Source of the DNA: Selaginella moellendorffii
Lineage: Eukaryota > Plantae > Lycopodiophyta
NCBI RefSeq assembly: GCF_000143415.4
Contig: NW_003314426.1
Span: 124,001-188,000 of the forward strand
Direction: 5' to 3'
DNA: 64,000 bases
A program made the position numbers and the translations under genes. The stretch's first letter is position 1; every line of letters begins with the position of its first letter. Under the pieces are notes generated by a model that was not told the origin of the DNA, made no database searches, and saw only the letters and a list, made by a program, of their open reading frames with translations. Below, one piece after another: positions 55,306 to 64,000 of this stretch.

Positions 55306-55690
55306 CACTCTTTTCGCGGCGACGAACGAGACGTGGGTGGGGCGGACGACTGAATCGCTGGCGAGGGCGAGGAAGAGATGAATCGCTTGCGCGCTCTGGC
55401 CGTTTGCGCAGAGCGTCGAGATCATGATGTTACAGGAGAAGGCGTTCTTGTGGACGAGATCGTGGAAGACGGACCATGCGTCCGGGAGGCTGGAGCACTT
55501 GCCATACATGAGGATGAGGAGATTGCTGAACAAGGGGTGGTGGCGTAGGTCGAGGGTGGCGGCCAGGCGGCGGTGCAAGAGCTTCCCTCGCGGGAGGGAG
55601 TTGGAATCACCACATTGGCGCAGAAGAGTCGCGATTTGGCGTGGAGATGCCTGCAGGAGGCACCGCGATCACTCCTCTTGCTACTTCGCT
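55306..55690 (-). pseudogene. PPR protein N-terminal fragment, fused in frame to the dioxygenase fragment
   Basis: NLLILMYGKCSSLPDAWSVFHDLVHKNAFSCNIMIS is a typical plant PPR repeat. Confidence 0.8.
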
Positions 55691-56134
55691 GGATGTCATG
55701 GCAAAGACACACTCTCTCTCTCCATGATCCTGTGAAGAGCTTCATATGGATCATCACATTTTTTGTCAATAGCTTCACATAGGCACTAAACAACAGACAT
55801 AAAGGAACTCAGAAGCAATCAGTCTTCTAAGCATCTTATCCTCCGGCATCAAATGTTGGATCAGTGATGTCCTTTTTGAAGTCTCGCTTGTTGTTTGAGG
55901 TGGGCACGTGCTCCTATTGGTGTTCATGGGGTGTTGCAAAGCTGTGGGCTCTCAATGTAAAGGGGATTTCCTTGGCAAAAGAGCTTGAAATTTTGGTGTG
56001 CTGTTTTTCTTGTTTTACCATTTTGTTTTACATGAGACATGTAGGAAATCCTGAGCTCAAAAGTTCACTAAGATTTATTCGCATAAACTACACTTTGGCA
56101 GAAAAATTATAACATTTACTACAAAATACAATAA

Positions 56135-56468
56135 TCAGTTAAAAACAACCCATTCATCATCGAATGGATCTAGGACGTACAATTTGCCTTGCTTCTCCAC
56201 ACATTGTCCAATATTCCAGCGATGGGTAACTTTGGTAAAATCCACACACTTTGACAGCGCAAGAAGGAACGGGGTTACATCTGCCAAGAAGTGGTCATCC
56301 TTTGACCCCTCAAACTTTGGAGCCACCACCACGCTCTCTTGATGACCTTGGTAGAAGTCAATAATGTCATCCAGTGCCACCACCCGCTTGAAATCCCGAA
56401 ACCCTACATGGTCAAGATTCTTGACTTTCGTCCCGTCCTTTAGAACAACGCAATTGCCACCATGTAGC
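56135..56468 (-). pseudogene. SCP/NIF CTD-phosphatase gene, 3' part
   Basis: RLHGGNC...VKNLDHVGFRDFKRVVALDD; joins 61520-61773 in frame once the insertion and one CTCCT copy are removed. Confidence 0.85.
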
Positions 56469-56473
56469 CTCCT

Positions 56474-56866
56474 TGTTAGGATCCTATCCCTTACACCCTA
56501 AGCCAACTAGCTAAAGGGGTGATCACTTGATTGTAGGGCCCTTTCTTTATCCTATTATCCTGACCTGGTGCCTAACAATCCTCCCCTCGTCAGGGAATGA
56601 TCGTCCTCGATCATACTTAGGCCATCCTCCGGTCACCATGGTCCTTCTCTTAGGGTCTACCAAACCTTGGTTCTCCCTCTAGATTCACCATGTTGAATAT
56701 TCCTTTAGAATATTTTTGCCCCACTCGTTAGCCACGAGAATCGAACTAGGCTCCGATACCATTGTTAGGATCCTATCCCTTACACCCTAAGCCAACTAGC
56801 TAAAGGGGTGATCACTTGATTGTAGGGCCCTTTCTTTATCCTATTATCCTGACCTGGTGCCTAACA
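56474..56866 (-). mobile_element. TRIM (terminal-repeat retrotransposon in miniature)
   Basis: Identical 104-bp LTRs at 56474-56577 and 56763-56866; tRNA-Met PBS and PPT in a 185-bp interior. Confidence 0.92.
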
Positions 56867-56912
56867 CCAAGGACGAGTTGTACCGGTGATCACCCTTTCT
56901 GGGGAATCCTGC

Positions 56913-59900
56913 TCAAGCTCCTGGTCCATCTTCCACAGCCGTATACATCAAGGAGGCATTGGGCCCGTCACTCCGAGATAGTACACCTTTCAACTGGCTG
57001 ACATAAAATACCGGATGAATTTTCACCCCAGCTGGCAGCCGCACCCGATAAGCCGCTTTACCAATGCGCTCCAGCACTTCATATGGACCAGCATAGCGAT
57101 GGGAGAGTTTATCACTCTTCCCTATCCGTAAAGGCACCAAGGTGTTCCGCCGCTCACTTGACGGAAAGATCACTCGCACGAAGACGAGATCACCCACCTT
57201 ATATTCCCGGAATTGGCGATGCTCATTAGCAAACTTCTCCGCTCTATCCTGAGCTGCTTGCAAATTCCGTTTGCATACCACCAGAATCTCATCAAGTTCT
57301 GTGGCCAGATCAGTTGCCTCGGAATCAAGCTTTTCTTGAACGTCCTTACTCAAATGCAATCCCAACTCCACCGCTGTTCGAGGATGCCTTCCAAACATCG
57401 CAAAGTAAGGACTTAGCTTGGTTCCACTGTGTTGGCTATTGTTGTAAGCAAATTGCACCAACGGAAGATATAGATCCCACTGTCCTTGCCTTTGACCAAT
57501 GCTACAACGTAGCATATCCTCCACCACCTGATTCACACGCTCAGTTTGCCCATCCGTCTGAGGATGATCTCCACTCGAGAGTTTCAAAGTCACTTGCATA
57601 GCCTTTGCAAAACTTTTCCAAAATCCACTGGTGAACTTTGAATCTCGATCACTAATGATGTCCTCCGGCAAACCAAAATCAGGAAAAACCTTCTCCAAGT
57701 AAACCGCAGCCAAGTCTGAGGCAGTGACAGTCTTCCGAAGAGCCAACAACCGCACATACTTCGTCAACCGATCTACTATGACCCATACTTGCTCCTTTTG
57801 CCTCTGTGTTCGTGGCAAACAAGTGATGAAGTCCATAGAGATACTACACCAACGGCTCTGAGGAATAGGTAAAGGTTGCAAAAGTCCCCCCGGCTTCTCC
57901 CGTGGCACCTTAACCCGCTGACAAAGCTCGCATGATTTACAATACTTGAGGATATCAGCCTTCATATTCCTCCAATAAAAGTTGCGCTTAATCAACTCAT
58001 ACGTCTTCTTCCCCCCAAAATGACCGGCCTCTGGACGATCATGATAGTGGAATAAAACTTGAGTAATTAACGCATCCACCTGTGGCAAATAGACACGGCC
58101 ATTGTAGTAGAGAATCCCATCCACCAATGAGAAAGGAGCTTCCATCTGGTCTCGCAAAGAGGCCACCTCAGCATCCTGAGCCTGAGCATGCTCAACCAAC
58201 TGCCCAAACTCGCTGACCACCTTACTCAAATAATGACAAAATCGTGTTCGTAACATCGTCACATGACGAACACGAGATAAAGCATCCGCCACCACATTTG
58301 ACTTTCCCGGACGATGCTCAATAGGAAACTCCCCAAACTCCATGAGTTTGACCATCCAACGAGCTTGCCTAGTGTTCAACTCCTTCTGTGTGAAAAGATA
58401 CACAAGTGGTTTGTGATCTGTCAACACCACGAACACTGCACCATAAAGATAGTGCCGCCACGTCCGCAAAGCATGAACAATAGAGAGTAACTCTTGCTCA
58501 TATGTGGAATAGCGTTGCTCCGCGGAATTCAAAGTTCGACTCTCATATGCAATAGGCTGTCCCTCTTGCATGAGAACTCCTCCCAGTGCATAACCACTCG
58601 CATCGCATGTCACCTCGTAAGGTTTCGATGGATCAGCAATGCGAAGCACTGGAGCCTCGATCAACAATCGTTTCAGCGCCACAAAACTCTCCTCTTGTGG
58701 CGTCTTCCACTCGAATGGCACATTCTTGCGTAACAACCGCGTCAATGGAATAGCCACCTCTGCAAACTTATACTGGAAACGTCGGTAGTAACTAGCCATA
58801 CCAAGAAAACTGCGCAACTCGGCCACTGTAGTCGGTGTAGGCCAGTTTTCCACCACAGCCACCTTCCTTGGATCCGTCTTGACACCCTTAGATGTCACAA
58901 TATGGCCTAGATATTCCACCTCCGACTTTGCAAATTCACATTTGCTCTTCTTCGCATAAAGTTTGCTGTCTCGAAGTAACAAAAGAACCTTGCGCAAATG
59001 CACCCTATGCTCCTCCATATTCTTGCTAAAAACAAGAATATCGTCCAAGAAAATCTCCACAAACTCATGAAGATAACGCCCAAATACCTCCGTCATCAAC
59101 CGAGTAAATGTGGCCGGTGCATTCGTCAAACCAAACGGCATAACGGTAAACTCAAAATGTCCGAAGCTTGTGTTGAATGCCGTCTTGGAGATAGATGCAT
59201 CATCCATTGCAATCTGATGATATCCACTCCTCAGATCAATCTTGGTAAACACTCGTGCTTCACCAAGCTTGTCTAGGATATCATCCACACGTGGCATCGG
59301 CATCTTGTCCTTCACTGTCTTCTTGTTTAAAGCACGGTAGTCAATACACATCCGCATTGAACCGTCCTTCTTCTTCACAAGCAAGACCGGAGCACCAAAC
59401 GGAGACTTACTTGGTTGAATAAATCCAAACTCAAGTAACTCCTTGACTTGTCGCTGAACTTCTTGCTCCTCCGCATAACTTAACCGAAATGGACGCCGGT
59501 AAATTGGCCGCGTCCCCGGCTCCAATGTAATCCCATGCTCCACACCTCGTAATGGAGGCAATCCATGAGGAAGTTCAGATGGAAAAACATCAGAAAACTC
59601 GTCGAGTACATCCCGTACTGCTGCTTCTCCCCCACACGTGCCTTGGTCGCCCAAGTCACGAACAAACAGCAAGTAACTCGAAAGTGCTTTTCCATTACGA
59701 CAAGCCCGCTTCAAAGATGTAGCAGAGAGCATAACAACTGGTGGTTGAACGCCCTCGCCAAACCACACATCTTTAACTCCACCATACTCCAGCGAGATAC
59801 GCTTAATGCTCCACTTTATCTCTGGATCCACCTTCACCAACCATGGCATCCCAAGAATGAGATCCACACGATGGATATCCGCGAGATAAAAAGTCTCCAC

Positions 59901-61274
59901 AAGTGTGGTTTTGCCAACCAACACTTCCAGCCCCTCGACACAAGCATCGAAATGCTGAGCAGAGGTAGCTGCACCTTCCACTGTGTATGGAAGAACTCCA
60001 CGTGTGTTCAGGCGATGCTCCGCAACAAACTTTGCCGAAACAAAGTTGTCATCGCTCCCACTATCCAGTAAAATCCGCACTGGATCGCCACGGAACACGC
60101 CCTCCAGCATTAAAGCTGATTCACGTGTATCCTCAAGCTCCATCTTGTTCCACACACAGTTGAGCTGACGAGCAACGATCGAAAGTCGCTTCCTCCGACC
60201 GGAATGGTCGTTCTCCTCCTCCTCACGCTGCAAAGTTTGCAACTTTTTAGTATCGGACTTACCGTGAGAAGAAGATTGGCCATTCTTCTTGTCCTGCTGC
60301 TTGTTCTTCAACTGCGGACAATCAGCCTTGTAGTGTCCAAGTTCGCCGCAATGATGACAACCCTGTCTATAATTCTTCACAAAGAACTTCTGCTTCTTGG
60401 ACCCCTTTGCATCCGAAGTAGTCACCACTGACTTCAACTTGTGATGCTTGTTCCCATCCTTGTGTCCACGGCGATCATCACGACGATTCTCGACAGAAGG
60501 ACTCCGCGAACGCTTGCGAGACTTGTGCTTGTCATTGTCAAGGCGACGAGCCGCATCAAAGAGCTCCTCCAAACTCTTTGTAGGCTGAGAATGACGCAAG
60601 TGTTGCCGCATGCTCTCACTATGTAGGCCATCAATGAAGTAGGACTTGTTCTGATCTGGATCCTTCGTTGGAACACGACTAATCAAGCGAGTAAGCTTCT
60701 CAATATAATCCCCAAGCGTCATTTTCCCTTGCTGGAAATGGCGAAGTTCTGTACGAGCATTCTCCACGTCGTAATGAGGGGCAAAACGTAAACGGAAAGC
60801 AGCCTCAAACTCATCCATGGTAGACACTGGTGGTTTCTTATCCGCAACACGGGACTCCTCAAGCCAATTCCACCATCGAAGACCCGCATCACGCAAAACC
60901 ATCGGAATAGCCACTAAAGCCTCTGCATCTGGAGTTCCTCTAGCAGCCAAGAACTTCTTCACATTGGCTAGCCAAGCAAGACACTCGTCCACACCACCAT
61001 CACCGGAAAAGGTTGGAATCTTGAGTCGATCTACCAAAGAAGGCTTACTTGGAGCGCTACCCCGTCCAGCCTCGAGTGCCTCAACACGCCCACGCATGGT
61101 ATCCATCATGCCATGCATCTCATCTTGCATCTCTTGCTGATTTTTATTAAGGGCTCGCAGCTCATGCACCACATCTTGAATGGTCCAAATCTCCGCAGCT
61201 TCGTCGGCACCATCGTCGGCACCACCATCGATGATAGGATTCCAGCGTTCAGCTTGGTCGGCCATCGCAACCAA
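56913..61274 (-). CDS. Ty3/gypsy gag-pol polyprotein, 1453 aa uninterrupted
   Basis: CHHCGELGHYKADC, LLDSGS, FLDDIL, CDASG, HHCC zinc finger, HPQTDGQTER, GPY. Confidence 0.95.
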   Translation of the reverse strand: MVAMADQAERWNPIIDGGADDGADEAAEIWTIQDVVHELRALNKNQQEMQDEMHGMMDTMRGRVEALEAGRGSAPSKPSLVDRLKIPTFSGDGGVDECLAWLANVKKFLAARGTPDAEALVAIPMVLRDAGLRWWNWLEESRVADKKPPVSTMDEFEAAFRLRFAPHYDVENARTELRHFQQGKMTLGDYIEKLTRLISRVPTKDPDQNKSYFIDGLHSESMRQHLRHSQPTKSLEELFDAARRLDNDKHKSRKRSRSPSVENRRDDRRGHKDGNKHHKLKSVVTTSDAKGSKKQKFFVKNYRQGCHHCGELGHYKADCPQLKNKQQDKKNGQSSSHGKSDTKKLQTLQREEEENDHSGRRKRLSIVARQLNCVWNKMELEDTRESALMLEGVFRGDPVRILLDSGSDDNFVSAKFVAEHRLNTRGVLPYTVEGAATSAQHFDACVEGLEVLVGKTTLVETFYLADIHRVDLILGMPWLVKVDPEIKWSIKRISLEYGGVKDVWFGEGVQPPVVMLSATSLKRACRNGKALSSYLLFVRDLGDQGTCGGEAAVRDVLDEFSDVFPSELPHGLPPLRGVEHGITLEPGTRPIYRRPFRLSYAEEQEVQRQVKELLEFGFIQPSKSPFGAPVLLVKKKDGSMRMCIDYRALNKKTVKDKMPMPRVDDILDKLGEARVFTKIDLRSGYHQIAMDDASISKTAFNTSFGHFEFTVMPFGLTNAPATFTRLMTEVFGRYLHEFVEIFLDDILVFSKNMEEHRVHLRKVLLLLRDSKLYAKKSKCEFAKSEVEYLGHIVTSKGVKTDPRKVAVVENWPTPTTVAELRSFLGMASYYRRFQYKFAEVAIPLTRLLRKNVPFEWKTPQEESFVALKRLLIEAPVLRIADPSKPYEVTCDASGYALGGVLMQEGQPIAYESRTLNSAEQRYSTYEQELLSIVHALRTWRHYLYGAVFVVLTDHKPLVYLFTQKELNTRQARWMVKLMEFGEFPIEHRPGKSNVVADALSRVRHVTMLRTRFCHYLSKVVSEFGQLVEHAQAQDAEVASLRDQMEAPFSLVDGILYYNGRVYLPQVDALITQVLFHYHDRPEAGHFGGKKTYELIKRNFYWRNMKADILKYCKSCELCQRVKVPREKPGGLLQPLPIPQSRWCSISMDFITCLPRTQRQKEQVWVIVDRLTKYVRLLALRKTVTASDLAAVYLEKVFPDFGLPEDIISDRDSKFTSGFWKSFAKAMQVTLKLSSGDHPQTDGQTERVNQVVEDMLRCSIGQRQGQWDLYLPLVQFAYNNSQHSGTKLSPYFAMFGRHPRTAVELGLHLSKDVQEKLDSEATDLATELDEILVVCKRNLQAAQDRAEKFANEHRQFREYKVGDLVFVRVIFPSSERRNTLVPLRIGKSDKLSHRYAGPYEVLERIGKAAYRVRLPAGVKIHPVFYVSQLKGVLSRSDGPNASLMYTAVEDGPGA

Positions 61275-61288
61275 TCCTCTGATACCAA

Positions 61289-61519
61289 TGTTATGATCCG
61301 GCGCAAAAAGACAAAGATCTCGTTGCCCTAGACTATGCTACGCCACCTCTTGAGGTTCCTCACCACCCAACCACCCCCGAGCTACCTCAAAAGCTCCTGC
61401 GCCGCCGCTCCACTGTGAGCCCTAGGGTAGGTTAAGTCCCTTACCCTAACATGCCTTAATATACCCTTGAGCCTCCCTTTGACCAACGTTGACCACGTAG
61501 TCAAAGCTGGCGCCTAACA
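61289..61519 (-). repeat. 5' LTR of the gypsy element (no matching 3' LTR)
   Basis: TG...CA ends; followed on the minus strand by PBS tggtatcagagg; flanked by CTCCT at 61520-24. Confidence 0.85.
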
Positions 61520-61773
61520 CTCCTCGACACAAGCCCCCCAGTAGGATCCAGATGGTCAACCACAAGGTTGACATACTTCTCCTGGGCGGCACTAAACACC
61601 ACGATATCGTACACTTTTGAAACCTTCCCCAGAAATTCATCTACGCCTGGTCTCTTCATGATGTGGAGTGGTGCATCATCGTCGAATTCCATGCTGAAAC
61701 TCACAGAAGAGACAAGATCCTTATGAGCGTATACCAGTGTATTGTCTAGATCGAGAATGAGTGTCTTCTTCAT
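61520..61773 (-). pseudogene. SCP/NIF CTD-phosphatase gene, 5' part (disrupted by retroelement)
   Basis: KKTLILDLDNTLV, KRPGVDEFL, VVFSAAQEKY. Confidence 0.9.
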
Positions 61774-62088
61774 GATACCCTAAAAAATGACTCGTATTCC
61801 GTGGAAATGTAGAAGGGCCACAAAAGGTAACCAAAGGTGCCACGTCTGCCCTAAACTCTATCCGACGTGGCCTTTTTGTATTCTTGTACCCTACTATTGG
61901 CAAAGCCCAAGGGAGCCGGAGGAGCGCGTCGATCCTCAATGCAGCTTAGATTCCAAATCTAGGGCTGCCGTGATCGTCTGGCAAGGGCAGAGGTGAGTGC
62001 GCTGCTGGTTTGCGGCCTACTGTTGGCGAGGCGGAAGGAGGTGAGCATGCAATTGTAGCAAGTTTGTTGTGAATCCATTGACGGACAG

Positions 62089-63637
62089 CTGATGTGCACA
62101 TTCTAGGCTCCAGCCGTTGGATAAGTGCAGTAACGACTCCTCAATCTCTTTTGTGCTTTCAGCAACGACTCACAATGTTAACACTGACCAGAGTCCACCA
62201 TGGAGAGGAAGAGAGCTGCTGGTCCGAAGAAACTACACACTCAGAAGCGATCCGACGTCATGCTCGAAAGGACCCGCCCACTGGATCCGATTAACCGAGC
62301 TCGATCAGGTTGGTCAAAACTTGAAACATCTGCACTTGTCTGACGAAGATCCTCGTTGAAGCAGGAGCAGGAGAAACTGATCATGATGCATCCGCGTTGC
62401 AGGCTGCTCCTGACGCTGGTACGAAGAATTCCTTTTGTTGGCTGACACGACTCTTTGCTGGTTTGATTCATGACTTGCAGAATATGTTCGGCAATTCCTC
62501 GCAATGGCGCAACGCTTGGAGAGATTCAAGATGCTCTCGGCGAATGTTGTGAGCGGGATCGTGGAATCGATCCAAAAGGGAGGGGAGACTCCAGTTGCAG
62601 CAGCAGGTGGATACAATAATTTCTCTCTTTGGCATCTTTTCGCTTCTGAGTGGCCCCTTGTCTCTCTTGTCCAGGCCGCTTCTGCAGCAGCTACGAAGTG
62701 CTCGCTTGTGTTGGCCAGGGGGCGTCCGGGAAAGTATACAAGTGCCGTAGCAAGGAGGACGAACAAATCTACGCCATCAAAGTCATCAAGGTTCGCACAG
62801 CAACGAAGTCCAGAGACCAGGATGTCGCGCTCGTCTTCAAGGAGGGAGAGATGCTCCAGCGCTGCGAACACCCCAACATAGTCAAATACTTCGACATGTG
62901 GAAGGAGGAAGGCGAGCCGGGCAAGTCGAAAGTGTACATTGTCATGGAGTTTTGTGGCCGCTCGCTCCAGTCGGTGCTCCTCGGCGGTGAGTCACCACCT
63001 GCAGATGCGTTTAGGCAGCTTCTTCAAGCTGTGGCGCATGTGCACGACAACGTGGGTGTTCATCGGGATATAGCACCACACAACATCTTCGTCACAGACG
63101 ATGGACGCATCAAGCTGGGAGATTTCGGTCTTGGTAGGCAAATGAAACATCTCTTCCATCTCTCATTTGTTGGCTTACAGCTAAAAATAAGGAGTCCATG
63201 CTCGAGACCGAAAATATCAAGAAGGGGAGAGCAGTTTACTACTCTCCCCAGCGCCGGAGCAACTCAACCTACACTGACATGCTTGCGCTTGGAGTTATAC
63301 TCTTCGAACTTCATTGGAGGTGTCCCCCGGACCAGGTTTGGCTGCAGTTTGTGCAACGTGCTTGCTTAGTTTGGTGAATCTGTGTAGGAAAGGGAGTCGG
63401 TATTGATTGACGTCCGGGATGGCGTTTTACCAGCAGACTGGGCGTACCAACACCCATCAATTGCGCCCAAGGTGTTGGAGCTGGTCGCAGCAAGACGCGA
63501 CCAGCGTCCATCCGCGCGCGACATCCTCTGCGATCCTGCCTGGCAATCTGTTTGGTGAGTTTCTTTCATTACTCTGATTCTCTGCTTGGCTTCTAACATG
63601 TCTGTTTGCAGCTGATCGTTGTAGTTGTTTAGATTTA
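62089..63637 (+). CDS. Ser/Thr protein kinase gene, copy 2 (multi-exon, kinase frame apparently intact)
   Basis: After the intron the frame reads DFGLAKNK...YYSPQ...DMLALGVILFELH; exact start and stop not resolved. Confidence 0.75.
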
Positions 63638-64000
63638 CTTGCTCCTTTTTGTCATCTTTGTAGTCTTGGTCTTTTTCAGCATGCTGATTTCGATTCAGAA
63701 ATATGAATTCGTTGCCAGTTCATTGCATTTCTGCCAGGCCGAGTTGTTCTCGATCAAGGTTGCTGAACAACTCAAGGGCTTCCGACATTCTTGTAGTCAG
63801 GTTCGGTTCAAGGAACAGGATTGGTAAACAGCACATTGACGGGAGATGCAACAGCGTGGTGTCCACGGCTGGCTTCTTGTAGGGTCCATGCATCTCACCT
63901 CAAGTGGGCAGAGATCGAGTGGAAGCTGGAGAGCTATCCCAATTCTCGGGAGATGCGATGAAGAAAATGGCGGGATTGTTGATTTTTGTAGAGAGAATAT

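Overview
Eukaryotic land-plant DNA, most likely a lycophyte such as Selaginella (inferred from ~50-bp GT-AG introns, TTTAGGG repeats, and PPR and 2OG-dioxygenase fragments). Most of the window is nested transposable elements between two near-identical copies of a protein kinase locus (1-1547 and 62089-63637). The centrepiece is a giant TIR DNA transposon, 14633-35697 (about 13.7 kb once a nested LTR element is removed), with ~27-bp TIRs, a 4-bp GATA target duplication and a Sola-type DDD transposase. It sits inside the gag gene of a Ty3/gypsy chromovirus (12695-41282). Divergent from the transposase it carries a multi-exon cargo gene: ParB-like domain, degenerate beta-class N6A/N4C DNA-methyltransferase fold, acidic tract, and probably an FCP1/NIF HAD phosphatase domain. 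About 30 copies of a 22-bp palindrome (ATGGCRTGWGGCCWCAYGCCAT) run from TIR to TIR, many inside the element's introns. This suggests a ParB/parS-like self-recognition system (hypothesis). Other oddities: two spliceosomal introns in the chromovirus integrase; a covarying tRNA-like structured 3' RNA shared with a non-autonomous partner; a 5S-containing Cassandra-like solo LTR; a gypsy/TRIM chimera that inserted as one unit into a CTD-phosphatase gene; and a second, decayed ParB-plus-transposase-like gene pair at 2.3-8.4 kb. All domain calls are by eye and need HMM or structure confirmation.
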